Assembly (NCBI GenBank): GCA_029564935.1
Contig: JAKQPD010000159.1
Location: 11,059-75,058, forward strand
Length of the DNA: 64,000 nt
Direction: 5' to 3'
From: Bacteroidota bacterium
Lineage (GTDB): Bacteria > Bacteroidota > Bacteroidia > Bacteroidales > VadinHA17
Part shown: piece by piece, positions 1 to 9,151 of the stretch
Numbering within the stretch: position 1 is the stretch's first letter
Layout: each line of letters begins with the position of its first letter
The notes under the pieces: model-generated
Seen by the model: only the letters and a program-made list of their open reading frames with translations
Told to the model about the DNA's origin: nothing
The model's database searches: none
Program-made: the position numbers and the translations under genes

Positions 1-2289
1 ACCATTACCTTTTGAGATGCTTTCTTCAATTTTCTTAACAAGGTAATAGAGCTCCATTGCACCAATATGTCTGCACGGCGGTAACATTTTATGTGCCAGG
101 TCTGCCACATAATCCCAGTTGCCTGATGATCCCGCCTCCTGCATTTCTGATAATCCCCTGCTTGTCGAGGAAATGAAGGAATTCAGCATCTGCTTTACAA
201 AGTCATTATCTCCTCCGGAAATATGGTAAAGATTATTAAGATTTATCTTTTCATTTTCGTCATTAATTAACATAATTTCATTCTGCTGCTTTGCTGAAAT
301 GGCTTGTGCCAGGTTCTTTCTGACCGAAAGTATTGTAGATAATAACAACTCTTCCGTAAATGGTTTTCTTATATATGCATTAATCCCATCCACCCTGATT
401 TTCAAATCCTGTCCCGCAGAAATCATGATCATCTGCATATCCTTCTCAGATATTTTAAGATCTTTCCTGATGAACCTTGCAGTTTTGATACCATCGATAT
501 CCGGCATTCTGATATCCATGAATAATATATCATAACTGTGTCCCTTAAGAATCTCTATCGCATCCATACCACTGACAGCACAGTCACATTTAACATTCCA
601 CCTTTCCAGTATCTTTTTTAAAAGCAGCCGGTTATATTCTTCATCATCAACTATGAGCACTCTGAGATTACTGACCTCTTCCGGTACAGGTAGTGGAGGA
701 ATTATAGCTTCATGGATCCGGCTTTTGTCGCCAACTCTTACCTCCAGATGGCAGGTTATGCTTGTACCCTGGTTTTTCCTGCTTTCGCAGTTAATAGTCC
801 CGCCATGGAGCTCCACTAATTTCTTTACAATGGAAAGTCCCAGCCCGGTGCCTCCATATTTTCTTGTAGTGCTTGTTTCAGCCTGAACAAAATCCTCAAA
901 TATTATTTTCTGTTTATCTTCTTCGATTCCAATACCAGTGTCTTTCACCTCTATTATCAGCTCGACACTTCCGTTATCTCGTAAAATACCTTCTGCCAGG
1001 AAATCGACAGATCCCTGATCGGTAAACTTGATCGCGTTCCCCAGAAGGTTGATAAGTATCTGCTTTATCCTGTGGGGATCGCCATATATAACTGAAGGGG
1101 TTCCCGTTTTAATCACTGAATTCAGGTTTAGTTTTTTCTTCCCTGCCAGAGGTTCAAAAATCTGGTTCACTTCATTAAATAAACGGGGAAGGCTGAAATG
1201 GACCATATCAAGGGAGAGTTTACTGTTCTGAAGCTTTGACAGATCGAGGATATCATCAATAATTTTTGCAAGATGATCTGAGGATGATTTAATTATTTTA
1301 AGAGATTGCAGAACATTCTCATCAGTGGTATCATTTATAAGTTGCTCGGTGAAGCCTGAAATAGCGGTGACCGGTGTCCGGATCTCATGGCTTATGTTGG
1401 CCATGAAAAGCTCTTTGGTTCTTGAAAGGTTTTCAGTTTCAGTTTTCGACTTTTCCAGTGCAACCTGATAATTATGAGCTCTGCTGATATACCTTATGAT
1501 AATAAACAGGACAAGAAGTACCAGCAATCCTCCGGAAACAGAAAATAATAAAAGCCAGAAATATGTTTTATTAGCCAGCTCACCCGCCTCCCTGCCTTTA
1601 TTCAGCAGGAGCATGGCTGCCTGATCTTCCATTTGCTGAATAAGGTCGTAAAATTTCTCTTTTATCCTGTTGCTTGTGGCTGCAAGGGTAGCTTCCCTTT
1701 GACTGATCCTGGCTCTGTTGAGCTGTTCCTGTTTTTCAATTTTACGGATATCGTCGATCAAATCCTGTGAGCTAAGTATGTTTTTATTGCTGCGGACAAA
1801 AACCCTCCTTAGAATACCCTTCTTTTCATAACCAGCCGAAGCATCATTTATCTGTCCGGAAAGATGCTTCAGATAATCCACAACATTGATTTTGTCGGCA
1901 AGATAAAGAAGCTCATTCCATGTAACTATGTTCTCCTCAATAAGAACACTTATTGTGTCGACCTGACTGAGCATAACAGAATCTTTGTTACATTCAAGCC
2001 TGAGGTTATTTATTTTATCATCGATGCTGTTCAATACTGAATAGTAGGGTCCCAGTTCTGATGTATCCCTCGTTATTGTATAGATGCGGATACTATTATC
2101 TGCGACCTCGAGGTCATGTGATATGTCCCTGATGTTAATCAGCCTAAGTTCAGGATCAGGGTCAGCCTGAATTGAAGAAACAATTGAAGAGAGATTACGG
2201 TAGGACAGGAAACATGTAGCAGACAGAAGTACGACTGCAACCATTAATAATAATCCAATCTTTATCTGGATCGAAGGTTTTCTTACCAC
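1..2289 (-). CDS. Hybrid sensor histidine kinase (2 TM, HisKA, HATPase, REC, HPt); runs off the left window edge
   Basis: Not in the ORF track; translated by hand from GTG at 2289 (MVRKPSIQIKIGLLLMVAVV). Contains FMANISHEIRTP, NLLGNAIKFTDQG, DTGIGI, GGTGLGLSIV, receiver IVDDEEYNR and HPt-like ADLAHKMLPPCRHIGA. Confidence 0.9.
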   Translation of the reverse strand, partial: MVRKPSIQIKIGLLLMVAVVLLSATCFLSYRNLSSIVSSIQADPDPELRLINIRDISHDLEVADNSIRIYTITRDTSELGPYYSVLNSIDDKINNLRLECNKDSVMLSQVDTISVLIEENIVTWNELLYLADKINVVDYLKHLSGQINDASAGYEKKGILRRVFVRSNKNILSSQDLIDDIRKIEKQEQLNRARISQREATLAATSNRIKEKFYDLIQQMEDQAAMLLLNKGREAGELANKTYFWLLLFSVSGGLLVLLVLFIIIRYISRAHNYQVALEKSKTETENLSRTKELFMANISHEIRTPVTAISGFTEQLINDTTDENVLQSLKIIKSSSDHLAKIIDDILDLSKLQNSKLSLDMVHFSLPRLFNEVNQIFEPLAGKKKLNLNSVIKTGTPSVIYGDPHRIKQILINLLGNAIKFTDQGSVDFLAEGILRDNGSVELIIEVKDTGIGIEEDKQKIIFEDFVQAETSTTRKYGGTGLGLSIVKKLVELHGGTINCESRKNQGTSITCHLEVRVGDKSRIHEAIIPPLPVPEEVSNLRVLIVDDEEYNRLLLKKILERWNVKCDCAVSGMDAIEILKGHSYDILFMDIRMPDIDGIKTARFIRKDLKISEKDMQMIMISAGQDLKIRVDGINAYIRKPFTEELLLSTILSVRKNLAQAISAKQQNEIMLINDENEKINLNNLYHISGGDNDFVKQMLNSFISSTSRGLSEMQEAGSSGNWDYVADLAHKMLPPCRHIGAMELYYLVKKIEESISKGNG

Positions 2290-2300
2290 CTTTGTACTAT

Positions 2301-2741
2301 TTAAACTGCCTTAAAGTTAAGAAATTTGTTTTCGAGATATTGTTCAAGACACAACCTGCAAAGAGCAGCTGCTGAACTATCCTTGGGAACAAAGTAATCA
2401 TAGCCTGACGGATTGACCTTCTCCTTAACGCTTTTTGACTGGGAAATAAGCACAATAGCCGTGTCAGCCGACTGTTCCCTGAGTATTTTTATTATATGTG
2501 ATCCATTTATACCATTCCCAAGGTAGTAATCTATAAATGCCACTGAATAGTAATCCTTAAAATCCTTTGATTTTAATTTCATTATAAGCTCCCCGGCATC
2601 CGTAAAAGTATGAAATACGAAACTGAAATCCAGTCTGAACTTATTATTATCCACACAATTCCTGAGTTCCTTCATAAGAAGATCATTGAAATATGGATTA
2701 TCTTCCAGTAAAAGTATCCTGACAATTTTTTTCGTCCCCAT
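2301..2741 (-). CDS. Stand-alone response regulator receiver protein
   Basis: ILLLEDN acidic pocket, IDYYLGNGING phospho-Asp loop, FVPK; no output domain; 11 bp upstream of the kinase. Confidence 0.8.
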   Translation of the reverse strand: MGTKKIVRILLLEDNPYFNDLLMKELRNCVDNNKFRLDFSFVFHTFTDAGELIMKLKSKDFKDYYSVAFIDYYLGNGINGSHIIKILREQSADTAIVLISQSKSVKEKVNPSGYDYFVPKDSSAAALCRLCLEQYLENKFLNFKAV

Positions 2742-2762
2742 AAAGTTATTTTTTCAACAATA

Positions 2763-2779
2763 TCCTAATCCCATGCCAG
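2763..2779 (-). promoter_or_regulatory. Putative sigma-54 (-24/-12) promoter
   Basis: Minus strand CTGGCATGGGATTAGGA about 20 bp upstream of the receiver gene; the -24 TGGCA matches and the -12 element is degenerate. Confidence 0.4.
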
Positions 2780-3009
2780 AAAAGTAAAATATATGGAAAT
2801 TAATCATAATGATCAGGTATTCATTAATATACAGGAGCCACTTTTATAATTGCAGCTCAAGGGAGCTTTACCGGATTTTCTCAAAATGAGAATCATCAGG
2901 ATAAATATTAAAAGGACATTGGATCCACTATCTGTGATAGTATGCTGGACAATCACTGCTTATAAATCATTAGTGCCGGTTTTTAAATATCCTTAATGTT
3001 TTGGCTTCT

Positions 3010-3909
3010 TCAGGCTGATTTTTTAAAACTTAAATTTTCACAGATCTCTTTCAGTTTGTTCAACGCTTTGGGATAGGTATCTTCAAAGTAAGATTTGTAC
3101 TCTTCATCTGAATCAAGATCTACCTTAAGCAAAGTACTTCCATTGTCTTCATTAAATGTATAGTTTTCCAGGGCACCAGCCCATTGGTCTGCTTTGGGTC
3201 CGTAAAGAATTTCTTTGCTGTCCTGGACAATTCCTTTATGTTCAATACTTACAAATCTGTTGGGAACATTTTCTTTTATCCTGCTGACCATCCCCTGAGT
3301 ACTGCCATCCTCATCGGTCCCGAGAAATAGTATTTGTGAACCCTTTTCCCATGAACCTATAAAACGGAAAGAGGGATTGAAAACTCCTGTCCAGACCGGA
3401 TATGTCTTTTTATCAAGCATTGTCTGATAAACTGTTTCAGAGGCTCTATCAATCAGTATTTCAAAATGCAGGGTAATTCGTTTGGCCGAAGATTCAACAT
3501 ATTTTTTGAAATTATCCAGGATCGCCTGCCAACCGGTTTTCTGTATTTCATTTGCATGATGCTGTTCTGCTTCAAAGTTTTCTGTAACTGTAGTAGTATT
3601 TTCCCCGGAGGCAAATAAGACCTGCACCTTCCTGCCATCATCCATAGTATATTCTATTTGCTCGTCCTGTACAACCTTGCTGTAATTCCCTTTAAAATCA
3701 AAGCCTGAACTTCCATCCTTCGCTTCCATTCTTGACAGGAAACTGCCTCCGACTCTTAAATCATTTTCTGCGCCGGGGGTAAACCAGTCTTCCGAGGCAT
3801 TATTCCAACGTACAATGTGAATTGGGTCTGTCCAGAGATTCCACACTTTCTCCACCGGAGCATTAATTATTGTCTGAACGGTGATAATTGATTTTTTTGT
3901 AGTTTTCAT
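3010..3909 (-). CDS. Tandem SRPBCC (AHSA1/START-like) domain protein
   Basis: INAPVEKVWNLWTDP...DLRVGG...GWQAILDNFKKYVE, followed by a second domain ending YPKALNKLKEICE. Confidence 0.85.
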   Translation of the reverse strand: MKTTKKSIITVQTIINAPVEKVWNLWTDPIHIVRWNNASEDWFTPGAENDLRVGGSFLSRMEAKDGSSGFDFKGNYSKVVQDEQIEYTMDDGRKVQVLFASGENTTTVTENFEAEQHHANEIQKTGWQAILDNFKKYVESSAKRITLHFEILIDRASETVYQTMLDKKTYPVWTGVFNPSFRFIGSWEKGSQILFLGTDEDGSTQGMVSRIKENVPNRFVSIEHKGIVQDSKEILYGPKADQWAGALENYTFNEDNGSTLLKVDLDSDEEYKSYFEDTYPKALNKLKEICENLSFKKSA

Positions 3910-4188
3910 AGCAAAGAATTTTAAATTTTACCATCAAATAAAATTTTTATAATCTGACTTACATTGCCTTCCTTATTCTGTTGCAGTGAAATAATATATC
4001 CTATTATAACGAAAGAATTTCTCTTCCGCAGCAAAAAATCCGACTAATGAAAACCGTAATTATATTAACAAATTAATCCCCTGGATTGTTTCAACTTTGC
4101 TTGAATAAAATATCTGATAATAAAAATTTTTGATTTAAATATCCGGAACATCCCATATGATTGAATCTATTATCAATATCCGGTAAAA

Positions 4189-4833
4189 TCATTGGTCACA
4201 ACATAAATATCTTTTCGCTTTTGCTTTCATGAAAGCCTCTTTCGCCTCTGAAGTTGAAAAATATATTAATCCTGCTGCTCCAATTACATCTGCATATGCA
4301 AAACCGGTCAGTTCATAGGCAAGACTTGAAATGAGAAGTACGATAGACATATATACACAGACTTTTGTACAATTGGCATCAGCAATGATTGCTTCTGAAC
4401 CTATTCTCCTGCCGGTATTCCTTTTAGCTACCATAAGCCAGATCATTACAAATATTGAGAATATTGATATAATAATACCCCATAAAGTGGTTTCAGGTTT
4501 TTTATGACTGACAATATTCAGTACTATTCCCGCCATTAATCCTGCTGATAACAGGCAAAATGCAAAGCCGGTGATTCTTAGGGCACTGATTTCAAATCTG
4601 CTTATTGAGCTTTCAGGATTCATTTTTATACGGATGACCATCATAACTATTCCAAACCCTGAAATTACTTCAATGAAGCTGTCGGCACCAAAACCAAACA
4701 ATGCCAGAGTTTCATCCGAATAGCCAAAAAGTACTGAAAGACCTCCTTCGATAACATTGTAGGTCACCGTAAAAATGGCCAAAAAGAAAGCTTTATTATA
4801 TAATTTCCGCATGTTGGTCATTTGCAGGTACAT
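4189..4833 (-). CDS. Cation efflux (CDF)-like transporter, transmembrane domain only
   Basis: Six hydrophobic segments, YNVIEG, ALFGFGADSFIEVIS, ADANCT; the start may be a downstream Met. Confidence 0.75.
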   Translation of the reverse strand: MYLQMTNMRKLYNKAFFLAIFTVTYNVIEGGLSVLFGYSDETLALFGFGADSFIEVISGFGIVMMVIRIKMNPESSISRFEISALRITGFAFCLLSAGLMAGIVLNIVSHKKPETTLWGIIISIFSIFVMIWLMVAKRNTGRRIGSEAIIADANCTKVCVYMSIVLLISSLAYELTGFAYADVIGAAGLIYFSTSEAKEAFMKAKAKRYLCCDQ

Positions 4834-4844
4834 TATAAATAAAT

Positions 4845-5666
4845 TTATCCAAAAGCAACATCGAGGAACATCATTATTGCAAACCCCAGTATTGCTCCGA
4901 TTGTAGAGTAATCTGTTTCATTCCCTGATTGTGATTCAGGTATAAGTTCCTCAATTACAACATATATCATTGCTCCGGCAGCAAAAGAAAGCGCATAAGG
5001 AAGCAGTGGAGCGACCAAAAGAACAAGGGAGGCTCCTGCGACACCGGCGACAGGTTCTACTATCCCTGATAATTGTCCGGTATTGAATGCTTTTGGCCTT
5101 GAAAACCCTTCCCGTCTTAAAGGAATTGAGACAGCTGCTCCTTCAGGAAAATTCTGCAATCCTATACCAATTGCAAGCACCATAGCTCCGGTCAATGTCC
5201 CGGTATCCGGATTGCTGGCCAAAGCTCCGAAGGCAACACCCACAGCTAAACCTTCCGGAATATTATGTAAGGTGATAGCAAGGACCAGTAAAATACTGCG
5301 TTGCCATGAGGTTTTTACACCCTCAGCTTTCTCAATAGAAAGTCCAATATGTAAATGCGGAATTAATTTATCGATAACAAATAAAAATACCGCTCCGGAA
5401 AGAAAACCAGAGAGTGCGGGAAGCCATTTTATTCCTCCATGGGATTCTGATAACTCAATTGCCGGTTTCAGGAGCGACCAATAACTGGCAGCGATCATAA
5501 CACCTGCAGCAAAACCAAGCATTGTGTTTAAAACTTTTTGGTTAAGGGTTTTAAAGAAAAAAACCATTGAAGATCCCAGTGCAGTTACAACCCATGTAAA
5601 TATTGTCGCAAACAGGGCTAATAAGACCGGATTATATTCGAGTAACCATTCTGCATCCATCCTCAT
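4845..5666 (-). CDS. ZIP family (GufA/ZupT-like) metal transporter
   Basis: GFAAGVMIAAS, ITLHNIPEGLAVG, QNFPEGAAVS, FAAGAMIYVVIEELIPE. Confidence 0.92.
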   Translation of the reverse strand: MRMDAEWLLEYNPVLLALFATIFTWVVTALGSSMVFFFKTLNQKVLNTMLGFAAGVMIAASYWSLLKPAIELSESHGGIKWLPALSGFLSGAVFLFVIDKLIPHLHIGLSIEKAEGVKTSWQRSILLVLAITLHNIPEGLAVGVAFGALASNPDTGTLTGAMVLAIGIGLQNFPEGAAVSIPLRREGFSRPKAFNTGQLSGIVEPVAGVAGASLVLLVAPLLPYALSFAAGAMIYVVIEELIPESQSGNETDYSTIGAILGFAIMMFLDVAFG

Positions 5667-5711
5667 TTAGCTTTAATTATGATCCATTTAATTCTGCTTT
5701 GACAAATTCTT

Positions 5712-5807
5712 GAAAAATCAACCTGCTTTATCGAGGCACCCAAGGGATGCAGGTTGATTTTTCTGCTTTCTGCCTTTAGGGTAAGGGGCAAAAAAGCAGA
5801 AAAATCA
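5712..5807. repeat. Two overlapping 15-bp inverted repeats upstream of the ZIP gene
   Basis: GAAAAATCAACCTGC (5712-5726) pairs with 5749-5763; TGATTTTTCTGCTTT (5755-5769) pairs with 5793-5807. Confidence 0.8.
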
Positions 5808-6115
5808 GATCAGGAAGTTAATCTGTCTAAGTAGAATCAACTTATCTGATAATAGATAAACAACTTCGCAGTTATTTTGTTTCAAAAACCAGATCCTTGC
5901 CAGATACTGAGAATCAGCAATTTTAAAATTATGTGAATGACCTGTCTTCATAATATGACATGGGAAATATAATAGTGAATTGTCCCCGACAAGATGACAG
6001 ATCCGGAAATAATCCGGTATTAATCTCAAATTAATGTTGAATTATTTTATTACTAATCCGTCTTAATAAAATGAGGATTAATTTTACTCAAAAGGTTTTT
6101 CAAAACCGTGGAACA

Positions 6116-7270
6116 ATGATACTCTATTTGCGAAAAATCCGGATTCTGATTATTCTTTTATCCTCAGTATTGCCAGGTTGTGAAAAGTCAAATACTTTTT
6201 CCCCATCCGGTGATTATTCGGTATTTGCCTGGAATGATCTCGGCATGCATTGCCTGAATCCAACCTATGACAAACTGGTCATTCTGCCTCCGTATAATAA
6301 TATCATGGCGCAGGTTGTGAAGCGGGGAGATCCTCCTGAAATTATAACATCAGGAATAACGGTGGAGTACAGGCTTATTAACAATACCACATCACATAAT
6401 AAAAGGGAATACAAAGATTTTTGGGATAGCTCAAACAAGCTTTTTCAGGTTACTCTGGCTCAAAATATAGGATTGAAAGTACATGGACTTTCAGGGGAGA
6501 TGGAGACGGCAGGGAATTATTTTGTTGCTGAGGGGATACCAGTTGTCCCTGTTTACGATGATAATACATGGGATCCTTATCAGATTGCTGAAATAAGTGT
6601 CAAAGGGACTGATGGAAAGGTGTTGATTAACACCAGAGCAACTGTCCCGACCTCTGATGAGATGAACTGTGCGAAGTGCCATGGGACCAATGCATTTGAT
6701 GCTATTTTGGCAGAGCATGATTCCGAGAATGGAACCAATTTCTCAAATCCTTCAGCACAGCCGGTTTTGTGCGCTTCCTGCCATCCCGATCCTGCGCTGG
6801 GGATAAATACCGGTTCTGAGATGTATCTTTCACGTGCAATACATGATTCACATGCATCCAGAACAGGGATAGGTTGCTATGACTGCCACCCCGGCGCAAC
6901 CACAAAATGTTCAAGGAGTATTAAACATACATCGCCGGACGGCAATTGCACCGAATGCCACGGAAATATGGCTGATGTTGCAGGTACAATTGCTGCCGGA
7001 CGCGTACCCTGGTCCGGAGAACCTGCCTGTTCCCGGGACGATTATCAGTCCAAACAGTATCAGGGATTCACATCCAGAATCAAAACCATTGGCAGTTGCG
7101 GTGTGTGCCAAGATAATTCCCGTGGTGTCCAAGATGAACTCAGCGAATTCAATGAAAAACACGGGGGAGTAAGTCCGGAAAAAAGTACGGGATGTAATGC
7201 CTGCCATATCTCTACTCCAACAGCTACAGCAGACTGGCCTCATTCCTATTCCTGGAAAAATTCAAATTAA
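6116..7270 (+). CDS. Multiheme cytochrome c lipoprotein, probably degenerate
   Basis: Signal peptide ending LPGC; WNDLGMHC motif; five CxxCH motifs (CAKCH, CASCH, CYDCH, CTECH, CNACH), plus CGVCQ and a lone Cys in EPAC. Start chosen at Met 6116. Confidence 0.8.
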   Translation: MILYLRKIRILIILLSSVLPGCEKSNTFSPSGDYSVFAWNDLGMHCLNPTYDKLVILPPYNNIMAQVVKRGDPPEIITSGITVEYRLINNTTSHNKREYKDFWDSSNKLFQVTLAQNIGLKVHGLSGEMETAGNYFVAEGIPVVPVYDDNTWDPYQIAEISVKGTDGKVLINTRATVPTSDEMNCAKCHGTNAFDAILAEHDSENGTNFSNPSAQPVLCASCHPDPALGINTGSEMYLSRAIHDSHASRTGIGCYDCHPGATTKCSRSIKHTSPDGNCTECHGNMADVAGTIAAGRVPWSGEPACSRDDYQSKQYQGFTSRIKTIGSCGVCQDNSRGVQDELSEFNEKHGGVSPEKSTGCNACHISTPTATADWPHSYSWKNSN

Positions 7271-7281
7271 CAGCTAAATAA

Positions 7282-7329
7282 AACTACGTATTAAACTACG
7301 TATTTTAATACGTAGTTTAATACGTAGTT
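7282..7329. repeat. Perfect palindrome (23-bp arms) with 4 x TACGTA at 12-bp period
   Basis: AACTACGTATTAAACTACGTATT-TT-AATACGTAGTTTAATACGTAGTT. Confidence 0.95.
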
Positions 7330-7437
7330 GTCATTTTTCGGTATTCCTGTTTGAAGGTCTACCAATGAAAGATTTTAAGATACCTTCAGGAACCTTGATG
7401 AGCTGAAATATATTATTAAACATTTAAGCTTAATAAA

Positions 7438-7887
7438 ATGTCAGAGAATAGTGTAACATTACATAGGGTGCTAAAAGCTACTCCCGAAAAGGTTTATCGT
7501 GCCTTTGAAGACCCTTATGCATTTTCATGGTGGATTCCTCCGTATGGATATTTAGGTGTGATTCATCATATGGATTTTAAAGTCGGAGGAAGTTACAAGA
7601 TGTCATTTATTAACTTTACAACCGGAAACAGCAGCTCTTTTAGAGGCAAATTTCTGGAAATTAAGCCGAACGAGTTCATTAAATATAATGATAAGTTTGA
7701 CGATCCGAATTTGCCCGGAGAGATGCAGACCTCAGTCTGGCTTAAAAAGGTTTCATGCGGGACTGAGCTTAAAGTTACTCAGGAGGGTATCCCATCTGCT
7801 ATCCCAATAGAAATGTGCTATTTAGGATGGCAGGACTCACTGGATAAGCTGAAGAAACTGGTTGAACCCGAAATCCCTGACAGTTGA
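7438..7887 (+). CDS. SRPBCC (AHSA1-like) family protein
   Basis: LHRVLKATPEKVYRAF, DFKVGGSYKMSF, CYLGWQDSLDKL. Confidence 0.88.
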   Translation: MSENSVTLHRVLKATPEKVYRAFEDPYAFSWWIPPYGYLGVIHHMDFKVGGSYKMSFINFTTGNSSSFRGKFLEIKPNEFIKYNDKFDDPNLPGEMQTSVWLKKVSCGTELKVTQEGIPSAIPIEMCYLGWQDSLDKLKKLVEPEIPDS

Positions 7888-7914
7888 TAATACGAAACTG
7901 AATGTAAAATCAGA

Positions 7915-8388
7915 ATGAAGAACTCAACTCAGAATTCAAGGGATATCAAAGCGTCTCTGGAAGAACTCTATGAGGCATTTATTAATCCGGCCGCCCTTGA
8001 ATCATGGCTTGCACCAGGTGAGATGACTGGGAAAGTGCATAATTTTGATCCTAAAGTAGGAGGAAGTTATCAAATGTCACTATATTATCCTCAATCCGAA
8101 AAAGAATCTCACGGAAAGACCACCGAAAAGGAAGACAGATTCATTGTTAGGTTTGTGGAACTTATTCCCAATAAAAAAATCGTTCAAGCAATAAACTTCG
8201 ATTCTAACGATCCTGCTTTTTCAGGCGAGATGACTATGGAAGTTACATTGGAAGCAATAGAGAATGGCACAAGGGTGACATTTTTATTTACAAATATTCC
8301 ATCAGGTATTCGTCCTGAAGATAATGAAGCCGGCACTATATCAACTTTAGAAAAGCTGGCTCAATATGTGAATAAGGACCCACTATAA
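7915..8388 (+). CDS. SRPBCC (AHSA1-like) family protein
   Basis: LYEAFINPAALESWLAP, FDPKVGGSYQMSL, IRPEDNEAG...LEKLAQYV. Confidence 0.85.
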   Translation: MKNSTQNSRDIKASLEELYEAFINPAALESWLAPGEMTGKVHNFDPKVGGSYQMSLYYPQSEKESHGKTTEKEDRFIVRFVELIPNKKIVQAINFDSNDPAFSGEMTMEVTLEAIENGTRVTFLFTNIPSGIRPEDNEAGTISTLEKLAQYVNKDPL

Positions 8389-8546
8389 TCAATCAGAATT
8401 GGAAATTTCACCGTGGAAATCATTTAATGTCTTAATGTCATTGAAGACTTTAGCGAATGACCGGTGGGGATCAGGTATTAATAAGAAAGATTGATGGAAT
8501 AATACGCTGATCTTTCGTTTATATGTAAACGGATTTCACTCAAAAC

Positions 8547-8568
8547 CTGGCACCAAACTGGCACCAAA
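8547..8568. repeat. Tandem 11-mer CTGGCACCAAA x2, possible integrase arm-type sites
   Basis: Exact tandem duplication about 40 bp from the tRNA fragment. Confidence 0.55.
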
Positions 8569-8609
8569 AAAAGGTACAATCTTTAAGGTTGTAACTTCTT
8601 GATTTTGAG

Positions 8610-8657
8610 TGGGTCCAGCTGGGGTCGAACCAGCGATCCCCAGATTATGAGTCAGGT
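8610..8657 (-). pseudogene. 3' part of a CAT-anticodon tRNA (Ile2/Met type); att-like scar
   Basis: Minus strand ACCTGACTCATAATCTGGGGATCGCTGGTTCGACCCCAGCTGGACCCA has the anticodon loop, T-arm and 3' acceptor strand; no D-arm or 5' acceptor strand upstream. Confidence 0.8.
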
Positions 8658-8873
8658 GTATTAGATTATAAAAATAAGAAATGATTTTCTTATATTTAAC
8701 ATTTTATCCCAAATCCTCACAATATACTTAGATATTGCCATAATTTTTAATAAAAATTTTGGTATTACACATTGAAAATGGGATGGGTTTTATCTATAAA
8801 CTGTATGTAATTATATATGTAAATAAAATAAATCCATTGCAAAGATCATAAATACAATGGATTAAAAAAATAA

Positions 8874-9150
<277 letters not shown>

Positions 9151-9151
9151 C

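Noticed and set aside
299-1231. Three short plus-strand ORFs
   Set aside because: Antisense shadows of the hybrid histidine kinase.
5805-6029. 74-aa minus-strand ORF
   Set aside because: TTG start, no recognisable motif, lies in a divergent promoter region.
7282-7329. Hairpin telomere (telRL) or loxP/parS/dif site
   Set aside because: No protelomerase or recombinase is in the window, and the sequence does not match these consensus sites; kept as an unassigned palindrome.
8610-8690. Complete tRNA-Met/Ile gene
   Set aside because: No D-arm or 5' acceptor strand, and a mismatch in the anticodon stem.
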